Of a stretch of DNA of 64,000 nucleotides, positions 45,853 to 55,781 are shown piece after piece. The position numbers and the translations under genes are program-made. The DNA is taken from NCBI GenBank assembly GCA_964621235.1, contig CAZULR010000001.1, positions 1,058 through 65,057 of the forward strand, in the 5' to 3' direction. Position 1 is the stretch's first letter. The number at the start of each line of letters is the position of its first letter. The DNA comes from an uncultured Acidimicrobiaceae bacterium. Lineage in GTDB: Bacteria; Actinomycetota; Acidimicrobiia; Acidimicrobiales; RAAP-2. Below the pieces are notes generated by a model. It searched no databases. It was given only the letters and a program-made list of their open reading frames with translations, and was not told the DNA's origin.

Positions 45853-47160
45853 TCAGTTCAACGGCACCGGTCCACGGACTTCCGGGCCGGCCTTGGTGAC
45901 CTCCGACACGAGTCGGCCAACCTTCTCCTTGGCCGCCGTCCATTCATACCGGTCGAGATAGAGCGCTTCGGCGGCGTTTACGAGCCGCTGCCGCAGCTCC
46001 GGATCGGTGAGCAGTCGCTGGCAGGCGTCGGCAAACGCCTCGGCGTCATCGGCCAGCAGCAGGTGGACTCCGTCCTCGACATCGAGGCCGTCGGCACCTA
46101 ACCGGGTCGAGACGACGGGGATCCGGTGGGCGAAGGACTCGAGGATCTTGAGTCGGGTCCCGCTGCCGATCCGGAGTGGCACCACCGCCAGATCTGCACG
46201 TTCCAACTCAGGTTCCATGTCGGGAACCTGGCCCGTGACGACTACCTGTGGTGGGTGGTTGTGACGTTCGACGCCGGCGGTGGCCCGGCCAACGAGGCGG
46301 ATCTGGACGTTCGGGATCCGGTGGCGGAGGAGTGGTCCGATGTCGCCGACCAGCCAGTCGGCACCGTCGATATTCGGCGCATAGCGGAGGCTCCCTTGCA
46401 GGAGCACGACCGGAGGGTCTCCCACCACGACCGAGCCCATCTGGCTGGTCGGTGCGGGATAGGTGTTGGGGATCGAAAGCGCATTCGGAAATCCCGATCG
46501 CTTGACGTCGGATTCACTGCAGAGAACGACACGATCGACATCCTTGGCAACCGATTCTTGCAAGGCGATCCAGTCACGGGCGTTCTTGCTCGCCTGTGCC
46601 GCGGCGACGCGCAGCTTCAAGAAGTCGACTCCGTCTCGAGGTTTGGCCAGAGTCCGAAGCAGGCCGGCACGCTGGCGTGCCTTCTCGTCCTCGAGGTCCA
46701 CCAGGTCAATGACCGTAGGACCCAGGTTCGGGCGACCCATCCAGATGAAGGTCGCCGCAGTGGAGAACCACACCAGGTCGTATCGTTCCGCGGCCCATGC
46801 CTCGAACTGGATCCGCGGCGAGCGATCGAGCATCCGCATGGACACTTCCAAGGGAAGCGATCGTTGGGCCAGCCACTTCAGGCGCCAGTGCAGTTGACGG
46901 GGGGCGCCCGGGTAGAGGACGGTTCGAACCCGTCGGACCTTGATCGACGGTGGAACTTCGAATTCATCACCGCGCCTGATGTCATGCAAGGTGAAGAGGT
47001 CGACCTCACCGAGCTCGGCGATCGCCTCGATCATCTTGGCCAATCTGATGAGTCCCCCACCGGTGGAAGGCCACGGAAAGTCTTCTGCCACGATCAGAAT
47101 GGATAACGGACCTCCGTCCCTGCCCGTCATGGTTGGGGGCACGATGGATCGGTCGGTCAC
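45853..47160 (-). CDS. GT-B glycosyltransferase, family 4
   Basis: 435 aa. IGSGTRLKILESFAHRIPVVSTRLGADGL. Paralogue of 24330..25550. Confidence 0.9.
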   Translation of the reverse strand: MTDRSIVPPTMTGRDGGPLSILIVAEDFPWPSTGGGLIRLAKMIEAIAELGEVDLFTLHDIRRGDEFEVPPSIKVRRVRTVLYPGAPRQLHWRLKWLAQRSLPLEVSMRMLDRSPRIQFEAWAAERYDLVWFSTAATFIWMGRPNLGPTVIDLVDLEDEKARQRAGLLRTLAKPRDGVDFLKLRVAAAQASKNARDWIALQESVAKDVDRVVLCSESDVKRSGFPNALSIPNTYPAPTSQMGSVVVGDPPVVLLQGSLRYAPNIDGADWLVGDIGPLLRHRIPNVQIRLVGRATAGVERHNHPPQVVVTGQVPDMEPELERADLAVVPLRIGSGTRLKILESFAHRIPVVSTRLGADGLDVEDGVHLLLADDAEAFADACQRLLTDPELRQRLVNAAEALYLDRYEWTAAKEKVGRLVSEVTKAGPEVRGPVPLN

Positions 47161-48695
47161 TTGGATCTACTCCGCATCCCGGCGAGGCGCTTCTTCAGGC
47201 GAACCGACGGAAGTGACTCGATGTACGACGTCTTCGCGTTCAGGAACGCCCGGGATTCGGCCAGCTCCGTTCTCAGGCCTTCGATCTGCGCTTCGAAGGA
47301 GGCGATGTATTCGTCCTTGATGGCGGCTTCCGATCGAAGGGCCTCGATCTCCCTCATCATCTGTGCGTGATCATCGAGGGCAGGGCGTCCGCCCAGTTCA
47401 CTACTGGGGAAGTCGTCCGACATTCGCTCAGGGTACCAGCCGCTCCGGGGTGCACCTCTGGGCTTCGGGGCCCGCGCTGCACGCCGGTTGGCCTCTTCCA
47501 CCACGGAGCTGACTGCCCGACCTTCGTCGAACTCGATGTCGACCTCGGGAGTTACCTTCCGGCCAGCGCGTCGGGCCCCGGTGGCATAGGCGGAGAAATG
47601 GTCCTGATCGGCGATGACCGCGTCGAACTCGACGCCGGGCGCCAGTCGAACCTGATCGGCGCCCGTCCTGGTGACCTCGACTCCCAGGTCGGCCATCCGG
47701 TCGAGCATCGTCGTGTCCGCCGGTTCCGACATGGAGACAGTGACTCCCCACCCGGCCCGGGCCAGAGCCTCGGCCAGTGCCCATACGGCTGCTTCCCCGT
47801 CCGGAGTTCGGACGACGTGACTGATCAGCGCGCGGGGCAGGTCGCCGCGTGCTCGCTCGACCGCGGCGGTGATGGAACCCGGATCGTCGTGGGCAACGGG
47901 AATGAGGCACTGGTCGAGCACCGATGCCCATCGTGCGACCAGTCGTTGTCGGTTCCGCAGCAGGAGGAATATCCGGAAGTTTCTGGAGGTGCTCTGACTT
48001 TCGAGGTGAACCAGTAGCGCCCGAGGCTCGTACACGACCCGATACCCGAGCTGATTGAGGGAGAGACAGAAATCGACGTCCTCGTAGTACGCGGGGAAGT
48101 ACCCCGGATCGAGTCCACCGACGGCTTCCCATGCATCGCGCCGCACCAGGAGTGCGTTGGCCGAGATGTAGTCCACGGCACGAACCGCGGAGTAGGCGTC
48201 GGTGTGAGGAGGGAGTCCCAGGCCGACATGCGCAGCTGAACCATCTCGCCAGAGAACCGACCCCGCCTCTTGAAGCGTGCCGTCGGTCGAGAGGATGCGC
48301 GCTCCGACCGCTCCGATGGACGGATCGCGCTCGGCGGTGGCGACCAGTCGGTCGACAGCTCCCGCCTGGAGGACGCTGTCGTCGTTGAGCAACAAGAAGT
48401 ACCGACCACGGGCGATCCCGGCGGCGAGATTGTTGCCCCCAGCGAATCCGAGGTTCGCCCGGCTGCGAACCACCACAATGTCGTCTCGCGCCTCGAGCAA
48501 GTCCGCGGCGGCGGCAGGGGTCCCATTGGCCACGACGACGGTCTCGACGGCGGTCCCAGATGCCGCGTCGAGGGCATCCAGTCCACGCAGCGCGTTGGTG
48601 ACATCGGCCATGACCAGCATGATGACCGACACGGTGGGTGCGTCGGGTACCAGCACACCCCGGCGGATGTAGGACGCTGCGTTCGGGTCGGTCAT
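47157..48695 (-). CDS. family-2 glycosyltransferase with extra central domain and C-terminal coiled-coil tail
   Basis: 512 aa. VSVIMLV, VVVANGT, NLGFAGGNN and LLLNDDS. The C-terminal roughly 60 aa are heptad-like (MMREIEALRSEAAIKDEYIASFEAQIEGLRTELAESRAFL, about 47160-47430). Confidence 0.85.
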   Translation of the reverse strand: MTDPNAASYIRRGVLVPDAPTVSVIMLVMADVTNALRGLDALDAASGTAVETVVVANGTPAAAADLLEARDDIVVVRSRANLGFAGGNNLAAGIARGRYFLLLNDDSVLQAGAVDRLVATAERDPSIGAVGARILSTDGTLQEAGSVLWRDGSAAHVGLGLPPHTDAYSAVRAVDYISANALLVRRDAWEAVGGLDPGYFPAYYEDVDFCLSLNQLGYRVVYEPRALLVHLESQSTSRNFRIFLLLRNRQRLVARWASVLDQCLIPVAHDDPGSITAAVERARGDLPRALISHVVRTPDGEAAVWALAEALARAGWGVTVSMSEPADTTMLDRMADLGVEVTRTGADQVRLAPGVEFDAVIADQDHFSAYATGARRAGRKVTPEVDIEFDEGRAVSSVVEEANRRAARAPKPRGAPRSGWYPERMSDDFPSSELGGRPALDDHAQMMREIEALRSEAAIKDEYIASFEAQIEGLRTELAESRAFLNAKTSYIESLPSVRLKKRLAGMRSRSK

Positions 48696-48732
48696 GTGCG
48701 TGCGAACGGGACGTGCGGCGAGGGTGCCGCCA

Positions 48733-49614
48733 TCAACCGCCGGGAGCCCGGAAGGTGACCAGCTGCGCCATCTGCGGATAGTCCCTACAGACGGCGAACT
48801 CCTCGAGGCGGCACAAAATGGCGTCAGCCGAGAACTCCGCGTACCCGTTCAGTTCCCTACGGTCGCCACTCACCATGGTGAAGCCCAGGATGTCATCGAT
48901 CCAAGCGACCGAGGCATTCGTCCCCCAGACATTTTCAATCTGTGAGCAGAAGGGCGAGAGGTTGAGGAAGAGGTCGATCGTGAGGACCAAGAGGCCACCG
49001 GGCGCAAGGCGCTCCTTCACGGCCAACAGCGTGGCCTTGATGTCCTCGCGCGAGAGGTGCTCGATCGTCGAGATGCAAACGGCCGCGGAAAACGTCCCCG
49101 AGAGATCAGCTTCGGGAAGTGTCGACCGGTGTAGCCGCACGTCGGTGCCGAATACCTTGTTGAGTGCGTGGTGCTCCGCCACGGGATCCACCTCGTAGTC
49201 GCCGCTCCCATAGTCGAAGAACGGATCGACATTGTGAACTTCGTGGCCCTCCTTCGCCAAGACGAACTGAAGACCGGATAGCGCACCTCCGATCTCGAGG
49301 ATTCGAGAGGGACCGAGATCGGCGAGCTGGTGATAGGCCCACGGGAACTCGACCGATCGGGTGGGCGTGTTCCACTGGAAGGCGAACGGTCCCTGAGATC
49401 GTCGGACTTGTGCAGTTTGAAAGAACGGGCGCGTGGCGGGAGCCGGGAGCCGCCGGATGATCGAAAATGTTGCCTGGTGCCGTCCGCCAGGTGCACCCCA
49501 CCGGCGGTTCCACCGCTCAAATTCTGGCGGGAGTTCCCGTCTAGCCAGCATGCGTTGCCCCTGTTGATGCGGTCGAGTTGCGTCACTATAACTGGAATCA
49601 ACCAGAGAACCCAT
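48733..49614 (-). CDS. class I SAM-dependent methyltransferase
   Basis: 293 aa. ILEIGGALSGLQF (motif I), FSAAVCISTIEHL and LAPGGLLVLTI. Confidence 0.8.
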   Translation of the reverse strand: MGSLVDSSYSDATRPHQQGQRMLARRELPPEFERWNRRWGAPGGRHQATFSIIRRLPAPATRPFFQTAQVRRSQGPFAFQWNTPTRSVEFPWAYHQLADLGPSRILEIGGALSGLQFVLAKEGHEVHNVDPFFDYGSGDYEVDPVAEHHALNKVFGTDVRLHRSTLPEADLSGTFSAAVCISTIEHLSREDIKATLLAVKERLAPGGLLVLTIDLFLNLSPFCSQIENVWGTNASVAWIDDILGFTMVSGDRRELNGYAEFSADAILCRLEEFAVCRDYPQMAQLVTFRAPGG

Positions 49615-49946
49615 GGTGCCGGTGCCTGTCGACTCCGCTTGTCAATCACCACCGCTCGGTCATCGTCCGCACCGTGAAGTACCCGCGGAGCTCCAGCGGG
49701 ACAGAGGCTATTCCGCCGGAGGCGTTTGCCCGAACCAACCCGGGATAGAGCTGGTTCTGACCGCACCCCAGGAGGAATCCACGTGTTCTGGCTAAGCGAC
49801 CACCACGGCGTGAGCTCGAGTGTCGTCAATTTTGAGGACACGATGGAGAAGAAGTCGCACCATCCCCTTCGGTCGGTTGGCGGAAGCGGCGATGAACCCG
49901 TAGAATCAGCTGCATTGGGGGCGAGGAACGACGCAGGCGAGGGCAG

Positions 49947-50735
49947 ATGCGGTTGAACAGGTGGCACAGGATCACCGCAGCCTTGGCAATAATGATGTTG
50001 ACCGTCGGCGGTTCGATGGTGACGGCAGGGGTGGCGGAAGGTGCCCAGTCCGCTGGGGCTCGACCGATTCTGATCTTCAATTCCGCCGCACAGCAGGCCC
50101 AGCTGACCATCCCGACGCCCCCCTGTCCGAAGTCGGACAAGCATTGCAAGTGGATGCTCTACATGAACCTTCCGACCATGCCGATGCAGCCACGCGTGGG
50201 GTACGTCCTCGGTAAGTCAGGCACGCTGACGATCGACTACCCCAAGTTCTGTGGCCAGATCCAGGCTGACGCACTCGTCGGACCGGCCCCCTGGATCTAC
50301 AAGACCGGCATCCGCACGCAGATCCATACTTGCCACGAAACCACGACGACCACCACGACGACAACTTCGACGACTTCGACAACTACGACAACTACGACAA
50401 CGACCCGACCCACGACCACGTCGAGCACGGTTCCGCCCGTCGTCGCGGCGAGTTCCACCACACCCACGACGGCAGCCACGTCTTCGGCGCTCCCGTTCTC
50501 GGATCCTTCCACGACCTCGACCCCAGCGGTGGAGAAGACGGCAGCCGAGTTGCCATTCACTGGTGTCGACATCAAACCGCTGGGCCTCATCGGCACAATG
50601 CTGATTATCTTGGGGGGCATTCTCCTCTCCACCGTCGAATCGCGACGCAGAATGTTTCGGCGGGCGGCTGCCGTCAATCTCGACCAGGTGAAGGACGGCG
50701 TGCGGAATACGACCGCATGGTTCCTCGGACAGTAG
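49947..50735 (+). CDS. secreted Thr-rich cell-wall protein with LPXTG-type sorting signal
   Basis: 262 aa. Signal peptide (ITAALAIMMLTVGGSMVTAGVAEGAQS). Globular roughly 95-aa Cys-containing domain. Thr/Ser/Pro linker (about 50338-50490). LPFTG (50550-50564), a hydrophobic helix and RRRMFRR, followed by an atypical extra tail of about 25 aa. Confidence 0.8.
   Translation: MRLNRWHRITAALAIMMLTVGGSMVTAGVAEGAQSAGARPILIFNSAAQQAQLTIPTPPCPKSDKHCKWMLYMNLPTMPMQPRVGYVLGKSGTLTIDYPKFCGQIQADALVGPAPWIYKTGIRTQIHTCHETTTTTTTTTSTTSTTTTTTTTTRPTTTSSTVPPVVAASSTTPTTAATSSALPFSDPSTTSTPAVEKTAAELPFTGVDIKPLGLIGTMLIILGGILLSTVESRRRMFRRAAAVNLDQVKDGVRNTTAWFLGQ
50364..50399 (+). repeat. four imperfect tandem copies of a 9-nt Thr/Ser-codon unit inside the LPXTG gene
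   Basis: ACTTCGACG ACTTCGACA ACTACGACA ACTACGACA, read directly from the sequence and embedded in a longer ACN-rich tract. Confidence 0.8.
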
Positions 50736-50803
50736 GCATGCCCGCGTGGATGCCGGGCCACCCGACTGGGTTTCCCGAGCCTCTCCCGGACTAGAATCCC
50801 GAC

Positions 50804-52924
50804 ATGGCAGGGGTGGGATTGGAGTCTCGTGAGGAGGCCACGCGGGTGGTGGCGGCCAACTCCGACGTTCCTCCGGGGGACCAGCGTGGCGTAAGGCGAT
50901 TCGTGGTGGCCTCGATCCTGGGCGGAATCGTGGCTGCGGTGCCGTTCCTGTGGGTGCTCACGAATGAGTGGACCGGCTCCTACAACGGCGAACGTCGAAT
51001 CTCCTACCTGAGCGGCTTCTACGACAATCAGGCCGAGTCGATGATCCACGGCCATCTGTGGGTCGCTACGGGGAGCCTCGGCATCGAGGGATTCGTGCAT
51101 GACGGCCGGACCTATACCTACTTCGGCCTGTTGCTCTCCATCCTGAGGATCCCGTTCCTTCTGGTAGCGCCAGGCCTGAACGGACACCTGACGGCCCCGT
51201 CGATGTTGGTGGCGTGGCTACTGACCGGACTCTTCGCGGGGTTGCTGATCTGGCGCGTGCGGGTGCTGCTGCGGGGTCCGGTGGCGATCGGCTGGGCGGA
51301 ATCAATCTCCTGGGGCGTGGTGATGACCGCGATCCTCGGCGGCTCGGTACTCCTGTTCCTGGCTTCCGCGCCCTGGGTCTACGACGAGGACATCGCGTGG
51401 ACCGTCCCCATCACCGTCGCGACGCTCTTCGTCTTCCTCGGCATCCTCGAGCGGCCCACCGCCGGCAAAGTGCTCGCCGCAGGCGGGTTGGTGCTGGCCG
51501 GCGTCCTCGAACGCCCGTCACCGGCACTGGCGTGCATCGTCGGCGCCCTGCTCATCGCCGCCTGGTTCTACTTCGGTCGGGGCGAATCGCGACATCGCCG
51601 ATGGGCCCTCCCGATGGTGGCCGTCGGGGTCGTGCCGTTCGTGGTCTCCAGCGTGGTCAATTGGGTGAAGTTCGGAACGGTGCTGAACGGTCTTCCCCTG
51701 TCCGAACAGGTGTGGACCCAGGTGAATGCCCACCGGAGGGCGTTCCTGGCGGCGACCGGAGGAAAGGGGTACAGCTTCCACTTCCTCCCGACGATGTTCT
51801 GGGCGTACCTCCAGCCGTTCGGACTACGCGCCCAGCCGACGTTTCCGTTCCTCTCCCTACCGATCGCGCCACCCCATGTCTATGGCGGCTATATCGTCGA
51901 TATCCTGTATCCGACAGCCAGCGTTCCGGCGTCGATGCCCCTCCTGTTCCTCTTGAGCTGTTGGGCACTCGTCATGGCCTTCCGGCCGCATCCGAGTAGG
52001 GGTATGGTCCTGATGCGGATCCCGTTGCTGGTCGGGGTGGGCGCCACCTTGGTCGATTTCCTCCTGGGATACATCGCCCCCCGCTATCTGGGCGACTTCC
52101 TTCCGTTCCTCGTGCTCGGCGCGGCCATCGGGCTGGTCGATCTGTGGAGGCGATGGGATGGTTGGGCGCAACGGGCGAAGTGGCTTGCTGTTGGCGGCGT
52201 GATCGTTCTCGCGCTGTTCTCCGTCGCGGCCAACCTGGGAATCGCATTGACACCCACGACCGAGTGGACCCCGAAACAGTCGACCCACTACCTCCAGGCT
52301 GTCAACGCAGTGAGCAGCGTCACCGGGAACCCACTCAGGCGGCAGATCACCGTGGGCACCGTGATGCCCTACCAGGCACCGGCAGGCCAGGTGTTCATCG
52401 GCGGAGACTGCGTCGGCATGTATCTCTCTTCGGGTAAGCCGGTCTCGGCCGATCCCACCTTGCAGCGCGAGCACAAGATGTGGGTTCCCGTCGAGCAGAG
52501 TTCGGCCATCATCACCCGGATGGTGATGACCTTCAGCGCGCCGGCGGAGATCGGACCTGGTCTTCCGGTGCTGACGGTCGGCAGTGATGTCGTATCCCTC
52601 CGATCCGTCGGTGACCGGAGCGTGCAGTTCGTACTCGATGATCCGCGCTTTCCGATCACCGGCAAACGCGTGACTCCGAAGATCGGGCATACCTACCACC
52701 TCGTCGTCACGGCCGATCCGTTCCTGAACAGGATCACGCTGAACATGGGCAATCGCACGGTGCTGTCGGGGGTTCTCACGGGGGCGGGCACCGGCACCTC
52801 GCCGTTGGTCGTACACACCACCCCGCCTTCCTCCGTGGACGCCGTGCCGCCGGTCGTCATCGCCCATGGGCGACAGACCGTCCTGGACATGTCGCTGTGC
52901 CGTAGCCTGCTCAAGAACCGCTGA
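50804..52924 (+). CDS. large polytopic GT-C-like membrane protein with C-terminal extracytoplasmic domain (paralogue B)
   Basis: 706 aa, collinear with 37042..39171 over its full length, including the C-terminal domain (VTFGPDVVSVRSAGAGVKFVVHDANFPIVGKKF / LTVGSDVVSLRSVGDRSVQFVLDDPRFPITGKRV). Confidence 0.8.
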   Translation: MAGVGLESREEATRVVAANSDVPPGDQRGVRRFVVASILGGIVAAVPFLWVLTNEWTGSYNGERRISYLSGFYDNQAESMIHGHLWVATGSLGIEGFVHDGRTYTYFGLLLSILRIPFLLVAPGLNGHLTAPSMLVAWLLTGLFAGLLIWRVRVLLRGPVAIGWAESISWGVVMTAILGGSVLLFLASAPWVYDEDIAWTVPITVATLFVFLGILERPTAGKVLAAGGLVLAGVLERPSPALACIVGALLIAAWFYFGRGESRHRRWALPMVAVGVVPFVVSSVVNWVKFGTVLNGLPLSEQVWTQVNAHRRAFLAATGGKGYSFHFLPTMFWAYLQPFGLRAQPTFPFLSLPIAPPHVYGGYIVDILYPTASVPASMPLLFLLSCWALVMAFRPHPSRGMVLMRIPLLVGVGATLVDFLLGYIAPRYLGDFLPFLVLGAAIGLVDLWRRWDGWAQRAKWLAVGGVIVLALFSVAANLGIALTPTTEWTPKQSTHYLQAVNAVSSVTGNPLRRQITVGTVMPYQAPAGQVFIGGDCVGMYLSSGKPVSADPTLQREHKMWVPVEQSSAIITRMVMTFSAPAEIGPGLPVLTVGSDVVSLRSVGDRSVQFVLDDPRFPITGKRVTPKIGHTYHLVVTADPFLNRITLNMGNRTVLSGVLTGAGTGTSPLVVHTTPPSSVDAVPPVVIAHGRQTVLDMSLCRSLLKNR

Positions 52925-53810
52925 ATCACCATGCGATGAGGCGCCGGCAATCGGTGCTACTGGAGTCACGGGGAAGGTGATCGCCCGATCGGGAGGTCGG
53001 TCGACGCCAACCGGCATCGCCGCCGAATCGACCCGGCTCGCCCGTCGTCGGGAGGCTGACTCACCTTCCCGGACGAAATGGCTCACGCCTTCGCGGCACG
53101 TCGCGACCTGCGTGGTGGAAGCTCGGACTCGGCTCCGGCCGGTTGTCACTGGAGATGATCTCAGCGGTGGGGCCGTGCCAGGGAGCACCGCGGCATCCCG
53201 GCGCCACTCGGGCAGGAACTGACCCATCCGATCCCGCCCAGGGAGTTGGCGCGGCTCCGCTTTGGCAATTGGCGGACGACGGCCCACAGGCGGCCCGAGG
53301 GCTTTTGCATCATCTGCAGACGGGACCGGTAAACGTGGCTGGTCGACGGTCTCCGGGCGGTGCGACAGGCAAAGTTGCGGCCCCGGGTCGGCATCTCGGC
53401 GTGCCTGCCGTCCACCTCCAGACCAACTGCTCGGAGCACGCGTGGATGCGGGAAGCCGACGTCGACAAGACCACCGTCCGACAGCGCAGGAGGTCCTGGC
53501 GGACGTCGAAGAGTTCACCAAGAACGTCCATCGATCGCTCTCGCAACTGAGGTACCGGACACCGGCTGCCTAACCCGCCGAGCGGACCCGAAAAGCAGGC
53601 GGAATCACCAGGCGGATCGAGCCGGAATCGGGTCAGGGTGATTCTCACCTGATCGATGGGGGCAGGTGCGAACCGAATTCGGACACTCTCTCCCCCTGGG
53701 CACCACGGTTATCTTGTTCTTGTCCAGATTGTGTCGGGCGGGAAGGATCTCTGCACGCCGCGGTCATTTCGCCTTGGCCAACATGGGTGCGAGTCTGATA
53801 GGAAAGCCTC

Positions 53811-54758
53811 GTGATCGGACCGTCGAACCGTACCCACCGGGCGACGGTGCGCGGCGCCGCTCGAGCGCTCAGCTCGGCACCTGTGTTCATCGTGGGCGAG
53901 GCACGTAGTGGCACGTCACTCCTGTATCGAAGTCTCCAGAGCCACTCAGCGTTCCGGCCCCGCGTGGGTATCAATCTTGGCGAGAGCCACGCGCTCGAGT
54001 TACTCGCCGGCGTCGATCCTCCGGACGGGCCCGACAATTCTCTGGTTGACTTCATGACGGATGAGCGCCGATACGCCGAGTTCGTCGACGACATCGCGCA
54101 TCTGCGAAGTAGGCGAGAGTTCGTTCGCCGCGGATTCCCGGATACCCGCCAGAACCGTCTTGTGTGGATCGCCGCTGGCGACCATCTGGTCATCAGGCGT
54201 TACTTCATGGCCGCCGCCGAGGCGCGGGGCGCCGAACGCCTCATCGAGAAGACTCCACAGAATCTCCAGTGGGTACCTCTCCTGCAGATCGCCTTCCCCC
54301 GGGCCAGGTTCCTGTACATCGCTCGGCATCCGGTCGACACGTTGAGTTCGTACACGCGACGGTTTCAGGTCGATCCCGGTACGTCTTCTTGGGCCAACAT
54401 TGACTGGCGATCGTTCTGCGAGCGATGGAATACGAATACCAGCGCCGCCCTTCAGATGGCCCGCCACCGATCGTCCCGCCTCCTGGTGCTGCGCTATGAG
54501 GATTTGACGCAAAAAACCGAACCAACGATTCGACGCGTCCTTGCGCACGTCGGAGAGCCTTTCGAAGAGGACTGTCTGCTCACACATCGTGAGGAAGGGA
54601 AGAAGGCCTGGTGGATCGATCCCCACCTCTTCGAGCCGGTAGTGAACGAAACCAAGAATTGGCGAGACTACGTTAGTACCGAGTGCGCACAAGAGGTGGA
54701 ACGCGAATTGGCTTCTAACATGGCGTTACTCGGGTATCCACCATATACCGGGGTGTGA
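53811..54758 (+). CDS. sulfotransferase (Sulfotransfer_3-like)
   Basis: 315 aa, GTG start. 5'-PSB FIVGEARSGTSLL and 3'-PB YIARHPVDTLSSY. LVLRYEDL C-terminal box. Confidence 0.85.
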   Translation: MIGPSNRTHRATVRGAARALSSAPVFIVGEARSGTSLLYRSLQSHSAFRPRVGINLGESHALELLAGVDPPDGPDNSLVDFMTDERRYAEFVDDIAHLRSRREFVRRGFPDTRQNRLVWIAAGDHLVIRRYFMAAAEARGAERLIEKTPQNLQWVPLLQIAFPRARFLYIARHPVDTLSSYTRRFQVDPGTSSWANIDWRSFCERWNTNTSAALQMARHRSSRLLVLRYEDLTQKTEPTIRRVLAHVGEPFEEDCLLTHREEGKKAWWIDPHLFEPVVNETKNWRDYVSTECAQEVERELASNMALLGYPPYTGV

Positions 54759-55058
54759 CGGAACAGATCGTCCACGGATCGGCATTTAGTACGAGGCAGC
54801 GTCAGCTGGAAAGTCAGGGCCAGGATTCCGGTCGAGCTCATAGATGGACTCGAATAACGAAGCTGCGGGGTCGTCTGCCGAGCTGACGCCTACGTGCATG
54901 GCGATCGGGGCAGAACCGTTCAGGCGGGTCGGTGTGGAGCAAACCCCGCGGTTCCCAAGGATCGCCTGTGGTTACGACGGAGTCAGCGGTGCCTGCGTGA
55001 GGGGGTGGTTCGCCGCCGTGAACGAGTCGTCGGCCAGTTCGACACCCATGACTACGCG

Positions 55059-55781
55059 TTACTGACTCTTGGCTGATCCGTGAAGAATCTTCCAAAGCGA
55101 CGTCCGTACGTTCAGAGGTATTGCGTCCTTCACACGCCTCAACGGAGTCCGGGCGGAATCTGGAAAGAAGGGCTGATGCACCTGATTCTCTCCCAGTGGA
55201 CCTTCAGACAAGCGCCGAAATGCCGCCCACTTCTCGGTCGACTCCAACTGTTGCCATCGATCATCTCGCCCAAGAAATGAGTCGATGAACGAACTGACTT
55301 GAGGCAGCTGAATATCGTCAAAGATCACCACTCCGCCCTTGCGAAGCAGACCTGCACCATAGAACCAGTCGATGATCGGGATGGGGAACCCATGGCACCC
55401 ATCGATGAACACGAGGTCAAGTTGATCAATGGTCCCCGCCAACTCAGGTAGCGCCAACTCCGACGGTCGAACATCGAAGCGGAGAGTGTCCCTCGATATC
55501 TCGTGCTCATCGCAATACCGGACGACGGCGTCTGCTTCGTTCTGAAACGGCACTACGGCCAGGTGGTCACAACCCCAGGCGGCAAAGAGCACGGTCGAAA
55601 CCCCCGCACCCGTTTCCAGAGTTCGCGCGCCTTGGTGCAATTGCTCGGCCATCAACTGATAGCACTTGGGATCGGTGTTCCACACGGCACCATTCGGAGC
55701 TTCAGGGTGAACGATCGGAGGTGATGCCGTCACCCGGCTGATCCAAGCCAATCGATCCTGTCTGTCTTTATCGGCGTCCAC
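55059..55781 (-). CDS. class I SAM-dependent methyltransferase (Methyltransf_24/O-MT-like)
   Basis: 240 aa, GTG start. TLETGAGVSTVLFA (motif I), LDLVFIDGCH and LRKGGVVIFDD. GC is visibly lower than in the rest of the window. Confidence 0.8.
   Translation of the reverse strand: MDADKDRQDRLAWISRVTASPPIVHPEAPNGAVWNTDPKCYQLMAEQLHQGARTLETGAGVSTVLFAAWGCDHLAVVPFQNEADAVVRYCDEHEISRDTLRFDVRPSELALPELAGTIDQLDLVFIDGCHGFPIPIIDWFYGAGLLRKGGVVIFDDIQLPQVSSFIDSFLGRDDRWQQLESTEKWAAFRRLSEGPLGENQVHQPFFPDSARTPLRRVKDAIPLNVRTSLWKILHGSAKSQ

Noticed and set aside
54759-55058. Small ORFs in the 300-nt convergent gap between the 53811 sulfotransferase gene and the 55059 methyltransferase gene: 54838..55095(-), 54844..55065(+) and 54894..55076(+)
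   Set aside because: There are no motifs, the frames are mutually overlapping, and there is no RBS. A short reverse-strand stretch (MHVGVSSADDPAASLFESIYELDRNPGPDF) is mildly protein-like but unsupported.
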